From: a virus
Strand: one strand, 5' to 3'
Length of the DNA: 64,000 nucleotides
IMG/VR virus record: IMGVR_UViG_3300042090_000646
Coordinates: 14,564 to 78,563 of that record
In this document: positions 28,046 through 35,938 of the stretch, piece by piece
How positions within the stretch are numbered: position 1 is the first letter of the stretch
How the letters are laid out: every line of letters starts with the position of its first letter
Notes under the pieces: model-generated
The model's database searches: none
What the model was told of the DNA's origin: nothing
What the model saw: only the letters and a program-made list of their open reading frames with translations
Translations under genes and position numbers: made by a program

Positions 28046-28303
28046 ATGCGCTTATCCGTCCTGATCTTGTCCCTTTCCCTCCTAGCTGGGTGCAGCAAAC
28101 CCCCGGTGGTATTTCCGTGTCCGCCCCCTCACCCCGTGACGCGACCTTCCCTGCGTGTCAACGCACTGACTGCCCAAGCTGCCCCAGATGCGGTCCTGGA
28201 GGCGTATGTGCTGGACCTCGCCGATTGGGTGGGCTATTCCAAGGAGCTGGAGACGCTCTTGGACGCCTATCGCCCAGCACCGACCGTCGCACCCGCAAAG
28301 TGA
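28046..28303 (+). CDS. o-spanin (Rz1-like lipoprotein)
   Basis: Lipobox LLAGC, Pro-rich CPPP. Confidence 0.8.
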   Translation: MRLSVLILSLSLLAGCSKPPVVFPCPPPHPVTRPSLRVNALTAQAAPDAVLEAYVLDLADWVGYSKELETLLDAYRPAPTVAPAK

Positions 28304-28500
28304 TCGAATGCCCGGAGGAGACCCCAGCGGTTCCCATCCGGGTGCTTCTGGCGGCCTCCTATCACGGGGCCGCATTGGAGGCATCAATGGCGATGCCCAA
28401 GGTCTCAGAGGTGGGGCTTGAGGCTGCTGTAGCGGCAACCCTGAACTTCGCAAGGGGACTTCGGGCCCGCATGGAGGCGGGAATTGTCCGGGGAGTGTGA
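28300..28500 (+). CDS. Small hypothetical protein
   Basis: GTGA overlap with the o-spanin stop. Confidence 0.4.
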   Translation: MIECPEETPAVPIRVLLAASYHGAALEASMAMPKVSEVGLEAAVAATLNFARGLRARMEAGIVRGV

Positions 28501-29062
28501 GAGGGAGCACCAGGAAATGCGCCAGGCCGCGACCGCTACCCAGGTGGCATTAGCTGGCATGGGCAAAGAATTGGAGATGGTTCGCTCTATCCTCTCGGGC
28601 ATGACCGGCATCCTCCAGGAGAATCTGGTCACCGTGGCCAGCCATGATAAGGCATCGCAAGACTGGCGGGAGACGCTTTTGGCCAAGGCTGAGAGTGCAG
28701 TTGCACGCATTGACCAGATCGAGCAGTCCCTGGTGGAAAGCAACCGCTTCCATGAGGAACAGGGGACCCTGGTAAGGGGCCTCCTTGGCCTGGAACAGGT
28801 CTCTAATCCCACTCCTCTAGCTCGGGACATTAAGGAAGTCCTGGCCATCGTTCGGGGAGCAAACGATCTTGACCCGGATACCGGTCGGAACACCTCCGGC
28901 TGGACATGGTGGGCTCCACGGTTCAAGGATGCCCTGGCGCATGGCGTAGCTCTGGCCGTGTTGGCCCTGGCTATTAATCTCCTCTTGCCGTATTTGAAGG
29001 AGGAGATCGGTTCGGGTCCCCATTTGGCGGTCCCAACGGTGGCAAGTCCTTCTTCTCGGTGA
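28484..29062 (+). CDS. Coiled-coil protein with C-terminal transmembrane helix
   Basis: GVALAVLALAINLLLPYL hydrophobic segment; last gene of the lysis block. Confidence 0.6.
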   Translation: MSGECEREHQEMRQAATATQVALAGMGKELEMVRSILSGMTGILQENLVTVASHDKASQDWRETLLAKAESAVARIDQIEQSLVESNRFHEEQGTLVRGLLGLEQVSNPTPLARDIKEVLAIVRGANDLDPDTGRNTSGWTWWAPRFKDALAHGVALAVLALAINLLLPYLKEEIGSGPHLAVPTVASPSSR

Positions 29063-29480
29063 TGCCAAGGGCATCTAGAGCATCGACAGTATCTTTGAGC
29101 CGATGTGAGTAGTCAATGGCTTTGGCAAGCTGACCAAGGGTAATTTCATTAGCCGTGAGAACTTCCCAGCCAACTATTAGATTGGCTAGGTCCCTGGATT
29201 GGGACAACAGGTGTTCCATGGCGTCCTCTTGGTCGGGAGCGATTTCATCCAGGAGACCGGGCGGGCCACCCAAAGATCCCGTCTCTCCTGTGAGAACAGA
29301 GTATTCAACTTTTAAAGCGTCGGCAATGGCATAAAGGGTTCCTTGATTGATCGGGTTCCCTGTTTCGAGCCGTGCGATAGTTGCTCGATGTTTTGATGTT
29401 GCAGCAGCAAGATCGTCCTGCGTCATGTTGCGACGAGTTCTCGCTAGCTTCACTTGTTTTGAGACATATTTCCAATCCAT
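28974..29480 (-). CDS. XRE/CI-like phage repressor (168 aa)
   Basis: VKLARTRRNMTQDDLA..ATIARLETG..IADALKV HTH; RBS ggagg; divergent from the early operon. Confidence 0.85.
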   Translation of the reverse strand: MDWKYVSKQVKLARTRRNMTQDDLAAATSKHRATIARLETGNPINQGTLYAIADALKVEYSVLTGETGSLGGPPGLLDEIAPDQEDAMEHLLSQSRDLANLIVGWEVLTANEITLGQLAKAIDYSHRLKDTVDALDALGITEKKDLPPLGPPNGDPNRSPPSNTARGD

Positions 29481-29491
29481 CCTCGCCTCCT

Positions 29492-29567
29492 TGTGGCATA
29501 AATGTGGCAATGTGAAAAATAAGTTGTTGCTTTGTGTCGCATTGTGCTTAAACTTGTCGGTGTAGCA
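29492..29567. promoter_or_regulatory. Immunity region with TGTNGCA operator-like repeats and a rightward promoter
   Basis: TGTGGCA at 29492 and 29503, TGTCGCA at 29535, TGTAGCA at 29561; TTGCTT (29527)-16 bp-TAAACT (29549). Confidence 0.55.
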
Positions 29568-29656
29568 CCTGTAACAGTTCCCCATTGGTGGCGGGACATT
29601 GTCCCACGAAAGTCCCCCGCCGTCGCTCTGGCGGTTATGAAGCCGCCTCAAACAAC

Positions 29657-29686
29657 AAAAAAGCCGCCCCTCTGCAAAGGGGCGGC
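29657..29686 (-). terminator. Leftward rho-independent terminator inside the early leader
   Basis: AAAAAA GCCGCCCC tctgcaaa GGGGCGGC on + is a hairpin plus U-tract on -. Confidence 0.6.
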
Positions 29687-29705
29687 AACTACAAGGAGGT
29701 GTTTG

Positions 29706-29972
29706 GTGACTCCACTGAAAGAATACAGCAAGGACAAGGCTCCGGCAAGGGGAGCCCGCAAAAGAGGTCCGGTTTTCGCTTCTCGCCAAGGTGTCATTGG
29801 CGTCGAATACGGATGCGGCCATTTCGTTCCTGGCCCCATCTCTGGTGAGGCAGGCGCCCGAGTTAAGGACACTTTGGTCCGCATGTCGCGTTGCCCGGTT
29901 TGTTTCCCGGGGGGTGCCCATTTCCACAAGGAAATGCTGGATCTGGCGGTTCTTCCTGAGCCTGCGATATGA
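29706..29972 (+). CDS. Small putative Zn-binding early protein
   Basis: GTG start with RBS aaggagg; CGH..CPVC. Confidence 0.55.
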   Translation: MTPLKEYSKDKAPARGARKRGPVFASRQGVIGVEYGCGHFVPGPISGEAGARVKDTLVRMSRCPVCFPGGAHFHKEMLDLAVLPEPAI

Positions 29973-30220
29973 CGAGTGCTGCCCTTCTTAAGCTACTGGA
30001 ACGTGCTACCAAGCGATTCCAGAACTTCCGGGGCATTGGAGAGCAGGCTGCTGCCATGAAAAGCGACGTGGTGCTGCATCCGCTCGAATGGTGGGAGCCC
30101 GAGGATGAGGCCCTCCTGAAAGAAATGACCCAGGCCATCAACCAAAACCGGGGGTGCGAACCGCTCCCCCTTGAGGCGGCTGCAACCGCCGATGACGATG
30201 AGGAGGCAAGCAATGAGTGA
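29969..30220 (+). CDS. Hypothetical protein
   Basis: ATGA-coupled ORF in the early operon. Confidence 0.55.
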   Translation: MTSAALLKLLERATKRFQNFRGIGEQAAAMKSDVVLHPLEWWEPEDEALLKEMTQAINQNRGCEPLPLEAAATADDDEEASNE

Positions 30221-31037
30221 ATCCGTCGAGGGCACGTCTGCCCTCAACCAAGTGTCCTCCGAGGGGCCGGAGGTCCTGGCCGCCAGCAAGGTGGCCCTGG
30301 TGGAAATCCAAGCCTTGGAGGTCATCAACGCCCCGAAGATGGTCATCCGCACCGACGCTGAATACAAGGCCGCCGGGGCCCAATTTGCTCTCATCAACGA
30401 GCGGCTCAAGAGCCTGGAAACCGAGCGGGATGGTCTGGTCAGGCCGCTCAACGGCGTGGTGGACCGCATCAATGCCCTTTTCCGGGGAGCCAGGGAACAA
30501 CTCCTGAGGGCCCGGTCTTTCCCCGAGGCGGCCATGAAGGGGTGGGTCACCGAACAGGACCGGCTCCGCAAGGAGGCCCTGGAGAAGGCCCGTCAGGAGG
30601 CCGAGGCTGAACGCCTGCGCCTCGAAAAGGAACGCATTGAGGCTGAGGCAGAGATGCAACGCGTCAAGGATGCACAGATGGAGGCCGAGCGTCTGGCCCA
30701 GGCTGAGACCAACCCATTTATGCGGGCCATTCGACAGGCCACCGTGGTCCAAAATGCCACCGCCGCGGCCGAAGTCACCCAGGCGTGGAAGGGGACCGTC
30801 CTGGAGGAGCGGCGGCTGGAGGCTGCTGTCAACAACGTCCCCATCCCATTAGTTCGCGCCAGCGGGACCAAGGTCAACCGGCCTTGGAAATGGCGTTATG
30901 TGAACAAGGCCATCATCCCGGACCAATACAAGCTCATCAACGAACAGCTCATCAGTGCGACCGTCCGCACTCTGAAGGGCGATACCAAAATCGACGGGAT
31001 CGAAGTCTACCAAGACATCGCCATCGGAGGCATGTAA
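30213..31037 (+). CDS. Coiled-coil phage recombination-module protein
   Basis: Long heptad region; C-terminal IPDQYKLINE..IDGIEVY; precedes the RecT-like gene. Confidence 0.65.
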   Translation: MSESVEGTSALNQVSSEGPEVLAASKVALVEIQALEVINAPKMVIRTDAEYKAAGAQFALINERLKSLETERDGLVRPLNGVVDRINALFRGAREQLLRARSFPEAAMKGWVTEQDRLRKEALEKARQEAEAERLRLEKERIEAEAEMQRVKDAQMEAERLAQAETNPFMRAIRQATVVQNATAAAEVTQAWKGTVLEERRLEAAVNNVPIPLVRASGTKVNRPWKWRYVNKAIIPDQYKLINEQLISATVRTLKGDTKIDGIEVYQDIAIGGM

Positions 31038-31041
31038 AGCC

Positions 31042-32118
31042 ATGTCCACGGAACCTAACTCCCAACTCCCCGCCAGTATCCCCCCTCCGCAAGAGGTTCG
31101 TATGTGCATGGACACCGTCCAGGGCATGGAGGCTCTTCAGCGGGGTGGGAACTTACTCTCCAGCTCCAGCCTCGTCCCCGAGGTCTACCGTCGCTGGAAG
31201 GTAGAAAAGGACGGCACCCGCTCTGAGAACCCCTCCGGGCTCGCCAACTGCGTGGTCGCCCTCAATATGGCCACCCGTATTGGCATGGACCCGATCATGT
31301 GCATGCAGAACCTTAATGTGATCGAAGGGCGTCCGAGCTGGTCCAGCGTGTTCATCATCGCCAGCATCAACCAGTGCGGGAAATTCAGCCCCCTTCGGTT
31401 CGACCTCTCCCCCCTTGGGGATGAGACCGAGGCCAACTTCAAATACACCGAATGGGAGCCTAATCCCGCCAATCCTGGCAAGAATCGCCCTGTAGAGAAG
31501 ACAGGCACCCTCAAGGTGAAACATCAGAGCTGCCGGGCGTGGGCAATTGAGAAGGCCACTGGTCAGCGTTTGGATGGCCCGGAGATCACCATTCAGATGG
31601 CATTGGATGAGGGGTGGATCCAGAAGAGGGGATCCAAATGGCGGACCATGCAGGAAGTTATGCTTCGCTACCGTGCTGCCAGCATGTTCGGCAAGCTCTA
31701 TGCCCCCGAGTTGCTCTTGGGGCTCCAGTCCGCCGAAGAGGTCCAGGACGTCGTCGACGTCGAGGTAATCGAGGAGGATGAGCCGCGCCAACGTCCGCCC
31801 CAACGCACCACCAAACAGGCAAACCACACCGGATGGACCATTGAGGCCATGGAGGCGTGGGACGGCCTCATGGAGAATGCCTATGGAGCCTTCAAGGATG
31901 CCGGATACCAGGCCGAATATCAGGCGTTCCATGACATCTGGCATCCCAAGCGGGGCAAGAGCCTGGCGGAGCCCGCCATTGCTGAGCTGAAGGCTGCTGT
32001 GGACGGTCTGGTTGCTGCCGCTGCCGACTCCGACTCCAAGAACAAGAAGGGCCCGGCACAAGAACAGCCCACTGGAAAGAATCCCGACGAGAAACTTCGT
32101 TCCCAGGTCGCTGAATGA
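31042..32118 (+). CDS. RecT/Red-beta-like ssDNA annealing protein
   Basis: NCVVALNMATRIGMDP..MQNLNVIEGRPSWSS; SKWRTMQEVMLRYRAA. Confidence 0.75.
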   Translation: MSTEPNSQLPASIPPPQEVRMCMDTVQGMEALQRGGNLLSSSSLVPEVYRRWKVEKDGTRSENPSGLANCVVALNMATRIGMDPIMCMQNLNVIEGRPSWSSVFIIASINQCGKFSPLRFDLSPLGDETEANFKYTEWEPNPANPGKNRPVEKTGTLKVKHQSCRAWAIEKATGQRLDGPEITIQMALDEGWIQKRGSKWRTMQEVMLRYRAASMFGKLYAPELLLGLQSAEEVQDVVDVEVIEEDEPRQRPPQRTTKQANHTGWTIEAMEAWDGLMENAYGAFKDAGYQAEYQAFHDIWHPKRGKSLAEPAIAELKAAVDGLVAAAADSDSKNKKGPAQEQPTGKNPDEKLRSQVAE

Positions 32119-32339
32119 ACGCCATCAATGATGCCGCCAGGGTCCTCGGCCTGATCCGTCAGGCTGGGTCCCTGGGGGCTACTGCCTCAGAACTGGCCGG
32201 ATGGACCGGTAAGACCCTGACCGGGATCGAGACTCATCTCCGGACGCTCAGGCGCCAGGGCCTCATCACTCGAACCAAGGTAACCCGGTCCACCGGCAAC
32301 GGAACAGATTCCCCCGTCTACCAAGAGAAGGGCGCATGA
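32115..32339 (+). CDS. Small winged-HTH protein
   Basis: ATASELAGWTG..IETHLRTLRRQGLI. Confidence 0.65.
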   Translation: MNAINDAARVLGLIRQAGSLGATASELAGWTGKTLTGIETHLRTLRRQGLITRTKVTRSTGNGTDSPVYQEKGA

Positions 32340-32734
32340 GTCACGACGAAAACACCTATGAACTGACTATCTGGCGGTTCAATCACCCCCTCCACGCCAC
32401 CAAGACCATTTCCTCCATTGTCCCGATCACCGAGGCCGGGGCCCGTGCCGCAGCTGCCCGCAAGGGCTGGAACGTGGAAGGCTGGATGGCCTCGTCCGGG
32501 ACCGAGAACGTGGCCGTGCTTCCCCCCGAGGCTCCAGCGCCCGACGGCGAGACCCTCCACCTGTTCGCCGTGACCCTATTGCGGATACAACGAGGCGAGA
32601 TTGAAGTGGAGGCAGTGGACGAGGGAGAAGCCACGAGGATGGCCTTGGACCAAGTCCACAAGGTCGACTGGATCGAGTTTGACCCCGCCGAAGTTGACGA
32701 AGTCCGCGACGATGGCCTCGTCGAGGGCACCTAG
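32336..32734 (+). CDS. Hypothetical protein
   Basis: Coupled ORF; EVEAVDEGEA motif. Confidence 0.6.
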   Translation: MSHDENTYELTIWRFNHPLHATKTISSIVPITEAGARAAAARKGWNVEGWMASSGTENVAVLPPEAPAPDGETLHLFAVTLLRIQRGEIEVEAVDEGEATRMALDQVHKVDWIEFDPAEVDEVRDDGLVEGT

Positions 32735-32743
32735 GAGCCAACC

Positions 32744-33049
32744 ATGAACACCGCCGACGAAGTCAACCCCCTCATTCCCAAAGCGAAGACCCTGAACCTG
32801 GCCCGGCTCCGGCTGGCCCTGGCGGACTACCTGCCGCGGACTCCAGGCTACCGGACCATCCTGGCGGCCATTGAGGCCGGGATGCCCTATATCCCCGATC
32901 CCCTGGGCCGGGAGCGGTTCCGCACCTTCGAGTTGGACAAGGTCCTGAACTGGTGGTTCACCAACCGGGCCCCCAAACCCCTTCTCAATTCCGCCACCGA
33001 TGCCGCCATCCGGGTCTCTCGCGCCCGGCGGAAGCCTAAATCCGCTTAA
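32744..33049 (+). CDS. Excisionase-like winged-HTH protein
   Basis: GMP..G..RTFELDKVLNWW. Confidence 0.55.
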   Translation: MNTADEVNPLIPKAKTLNLARLRLALADYLPRTPGYRTILAAIEAGMPYIPDPLGRERFRTFELDKVLNWWFTNRAPKPLLNSATDAAIRVSRARRKPKSA

Positions 33050-33145
33050 AGGAGCCCCAGCAATATGTGCCCCATATCGCAAAGCGCGTCCAATAACCAC
33101 GAAAACGGCAGCAATACCCTGGTCTCTCATTCCAAGGAGAACCCC

Positions 33146-33355
33146 TTGATTGAGGACCCCTGGCTCAACACCGCCTTGCTCTGCCGTGCCATGACCGACC
33201 ATTTCGGCGGCCGAAAAATCTGCCGTGACTCCATCCGGAAGGCGGTCAAGATGGGCCTCCCCCACCAAATCAACCGCTTGAACGGCAGGAAAGAATTCCA
33301 ACTCACGGTCGTCCTTTCCTGGTGGATCAAGTCACCCCTGGCCAAGGCGTCCTGA
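33146..33355 (+). CDS. Excisionase-like winged-HTH protein (paralog of the upstream gene)
   Basis: TTG start with RBS aaggag; GLP..NGRKEFQLTVVLSWW. Confidence 0.55.
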   Translation: MIEDPWLNTALLCRAMTDHFGGRKICRDSIRKAVKMGLPHQINRLNGRKEFQLTVVLSWWIKSPLAKAS

Positions 33356-33413
33356 CCTCCGTAACCGCACCATTCAAGGTGGGCCGATGGGCCCGCCGTC
33401 CGTAAGGACTGCC

Positions 33414-33596
33414 ATGAACCGCCTGGTGATCAAATATTCGCGTTTCAACGACCTTCTCCGGGACCTGGCATATTTCGCAGGATCCATGGCCTACATTGGC
33501 CCCAGGTCCGACCTGTTCATCTCTCGATTCACCCTTGAGAACTTGGAGTCCGTGCCCCGGTCGGCTCGGCTGTTCCGTCCCAAGGCGGTAGCCTAG
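33414..33596 (+). CDS. Hypothetical protein
   Basis: ATG with aagga RBS; abuts the next gene. Confidence 0.45.
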   Translation: MNRLVIKYSRFNDLLRDLAYFAGSMAYIGPRSDLFISRFTLENLESVPRSARLFRPKAVA

Positions 33597-34034
33597 ATGG
33601 TCTGGGCTCTCACCATTCACGCCTATCCCCAATCGGGCAACGTAACGATGAGGATGCACTGGACCCGTTACAAGGCCCTACTCAAGGTTTGGTTCTGGCT
33701 GGTCCGCACTGCACCTGGCTTCCTCGCTGTCTCCAAACCGAGCGGGCGGCGCCGCGTGACGATCCAGCTCCACGGTAGCCGGGCCATCGATAAGGTGAAT
33801 CGCTATTTCGCTGTCAAACCAATTGAGGACGTTCTACGCCCTCCCAAGCATGAAACCGGAATCTATAAAACCGGCAAGAAAAAGGGCCAGCCCTGGAAAC
33901 GGGATCGACTTGGCCACGGTTTGATTCTGGAAGACAACGACCCCAATGTCGACCTTCAAGTGCCGCCCGTCCTGAAGTTGGGAAAGGGCGAATCTCCCTT
34001 CATCGTCATCACTCTTGAGGACATCGCATCATGA
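33597..34034 (+). CDS. RusA-like Holliday junction resolvase
   Basis: PQSGN..HW..RAIDKVN..KPIEDVL..GLILEDND. Confidence 0.6.
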   Translation: MVWALTIHAYPQSGNVTMRMHWTRYKALLKVWFWLVRTAPGFLAVSKPSGRRRVTIQLHGSRAIDKVNRYFAVKPIEDVLRPPKHETGIYKTGKKKGQPWKRDRLGHGLILEDNDPNVDLQVPPVLKLGKGESPFIVITLEDIAS

Positions 34035-34279
34035 AAATGGTCAAGCGTTACGTCTGCTCCTTCTGCTCCGCTTCCCCTCTCGCCAAGGCTCACGCCTACG
34101 CCAAGCCCGCGGATGCGCTGGCTCATGAGGGAAAGTGCTTCTACAACCCGGAGACGCATTCCTGTGGCACATGCGCCTATCTGGGCCGCCAGCGGAAGAC
34201 CTGTTCCGCGCCCAAGCCTGGCCCCGGTCGCCCCTTCACCACCAACTGCAAGCATTGGAAACTGCGGGGCTCGAAATGA
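34031..34279 (+). CDS. Small Cys-rich Zn-binding protein
   Basis: CSFC..HEGKCFYNP..CGTC..C. Confidence 0.6.
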   Translation: MKMVKRYVCSFCSASPLAKAHAYAKPADALAHEGKCFYNPETHSCGTCAYLGRQRKTCSAPKPGPGRPFTTNCKHWKLRGSK

Positions 34280-34410
34280 TGGCCCCGGATGAGGTCGCCG
34301 CTGCCCTAAAGGCCATATCCAAGGCCCTGGACGGGTCGCCTACCGGAGAGACGGTCTATGGCTGCCAGATCCTCCTGGAGTCCCTTGCAGCCGCACAGGT
34401 GGCCTCCTAG
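34276..34410 (+). CDS. Small hypothetical protein
   Basis: ATGA-coupled 44-aa ORF. Confidence 0.4.
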   Translation: MMAPDEVAAALKAISKALDGSPTGETVYGCQILLESLAAAQVAS

Positions 34411-34512
34411 ATGAGCTTCCGGACCTTCATCCTCCTCGCTATGGCCACCCTGACTACCCTGAACCTGGCGGGTGGAATCCATTGGCTCATCAAGGAGAAA
34501 CCATGGCGATAA
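34411..34512 (+). CDS. 33-aa single-transmembrane peptide
   Basis: MSFRTFILLAMATLTTLNLAGGIHWLIKEKPWR; exactly fills the gap between neighbours. Confidence 0.4.
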   Translation: MSFRTFILLAMATLTTLNLAGGIHWLIKEKPWR

Positions 34513-34994
34513 ATCCTGTCGCTGTCTCCGGCATCTCTCCCTGGGAAATCCTAGGATTGCACCCTGGCGCCTCTCCGGAGGAGGTATCCGGGGCAAAGCG
34601 GATCCTGGCCAAACTGGTTCACCCGGACGTCCTGGCCAGGGGGAAAGCCATCTTCCAGATCGTTGAGGCAGCGCCAGAGGCTTGCCTAAATGGCGGCCGG
34701 TGGCCTGATGGGGTGAACTTCCAGGCCATTCCTCCGGGCTCATTCACCCCTTCCCCGCCACCACCGCCCCGGCCGTCACGCCCTCAGAATGCGGGCTGGT
34801 TTAAAACCAAGAAGGGCGGCTGGAGCCGGCGAATTGGGGCGACTTCCTGGATCAACGTCTACTTCGCCAAAGATGGCTCAGGTTGGCGGTTCCTGGGCCC
34901 CGATGCCAATGGAATGACCTACTTCGATACCGAGAGCCACCCTACCCCTGAAGATGCCATGGCGGGGGCCGATGAATATTTCCGAGGCATGTGA
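34503..34994 (+). CDS. J-domain (DnaJ-like) protein with Pro linker and C-terminal beta domain
   Basis: PWEILGLHPGASPEEV..LAKLVHPDV..FQIVEAA; intact HPD. Confidence 0.8.
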   Translation: MAINPVAVSGISPWEILGLHPGASPEEVSGAKRILAKLVHPDVLARGKAIFQIVEAAPEACLNGGRWPDGVNFQAIPPGSFTPSPPPPPRPSRPQNAGWFKTKKGGWSRRIGATSWINVYFAKDGSGWRFLGPDANGMTYFDTESHPTPEDAMAGADEYFRGM

Positions 34995-35938
34995 TGGCTA
35001 CTACTGCGCTGGGCCCCTTCGTTGCTCTCTATTGCCGGGAGATCCTGGGGGACCCCGACATCGCATCGCTTAATGACGACCAATTTGGTCGTCTTGTGCG
35101 TTACTGGTTAGTTATGTCGGAGATGGGCGGTAGATTGCCCGGAGATCCTCAAGAGATCGCCAAGAGATCGAGGCTAGATGTCAGGAAAGTAAGACATGAC
35201 GTTCTATGGTTTCCCCGGTTCTTTGTAAAGGACATCTTCGACGGTTCGTGGCGGTCGGAAAGGCTCGAAAAGCAGGCGGCCAAATACAGCAGAAAGATTG
35301 ATACCGCAAGGCAGAACGGGAAATTATCCAACCCCGAAATGGGGGAGTTGCCCCCGTTGGATTTGACCCCCGAAATGGGGGGGATTATTCCCCCCGAATT
35401 AGGGGATGGAGGGAACCCCCATATCGGGGATTACACGCGCGGATCTCAAACTCAAACTCAAACTCAAGAAAAGAGTACCTCCCCTACCCCTCCGCAAGCG
35501 GAGGGAGGGCAGCGGGGGAAGGGCAAGAAGCCCAGGACATCTCGCAAGTCCAAGGCCGAAAATGCGGACCCGTTCGTGGCCTACTCGCTTGAGGTATCCA
35601 GAGCCACCATCGAGGTCGTCAATGCCTGCCCCCTGGAGGACTATGCCGACGGCCGAAAGATCACCGTGGATCCAGGGAAAGTCGCTGATCGGATTGACGG
35701 GATCTTGAAGGCTCACCCCAAACTCGACGGCGCCATCCTGGTCGAAGCCTGGAAGTCATACCTTCTCCGGAAACCCAAGCAGATCAAGGCTCCTCAGTAT
35801 TATTTCGGCGCCTTGGAGCATCAGTCCAACGGCGAGGGTGCCAACTGGCTACCCGACGTCAGGCTACTGTGGCACCTGAGGCAGACCCACCCCCCACCCC
35901 AGGAGCCCGAATCCAACTCGGACCCTAAAGCCTCGTGA
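34994..35938 (+). CDS. Replication initiator (DUF1376/YdaU-like)
   Basis: LNDDQFG..GGRLPGD..W.SERL; internal iterons; precedes DnaB. Confidence 0.75.
   Translation: MATTALGPFVALYCREILGDPDIASLNDDQFGRLVRYWLVMSEMGGRLPGDPQEIAKRSRLDVRKVRHDVLWFPRFFVKDIFDGSWRSERLEKQAAKYSRKIDTARQNGKLSNPEMGELPPLDLTPEMGGIIPPELGDGGNPHIGDYTRGSQTQTQTQEKSTSPTPPQAEGGQRGKGKKPRTSRKSKAENADPFVAYSLEVSRATIEVVNACPLEDYADGRKITVDPGKVADRIDGILKAHPKLDGAILVEAWKSYLLRKPKQIKAPQYYFGALEHQSNGEGANWLPDVRLLWHLRQTHPPPQEPESNSDPKAS
35332..35468. repeat. Putative replication origin: CCCCGAAATGGGG-type iterons plus CTCAAA repeats
   Basis: Copies at 35332, 35368, 35392 (variant) and an inverted copy at 35417; CTCAAA about 4 times at 35445-35468. Confidence 0.7.

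Noticed and set aside
29481-29927. N-terminal extension of the repressor (317-aa ORF call)
   Set aside because: The HTH starts right after ATG 29480 with a good RBS; the extension crosses the operator region and an opposite-strand gene
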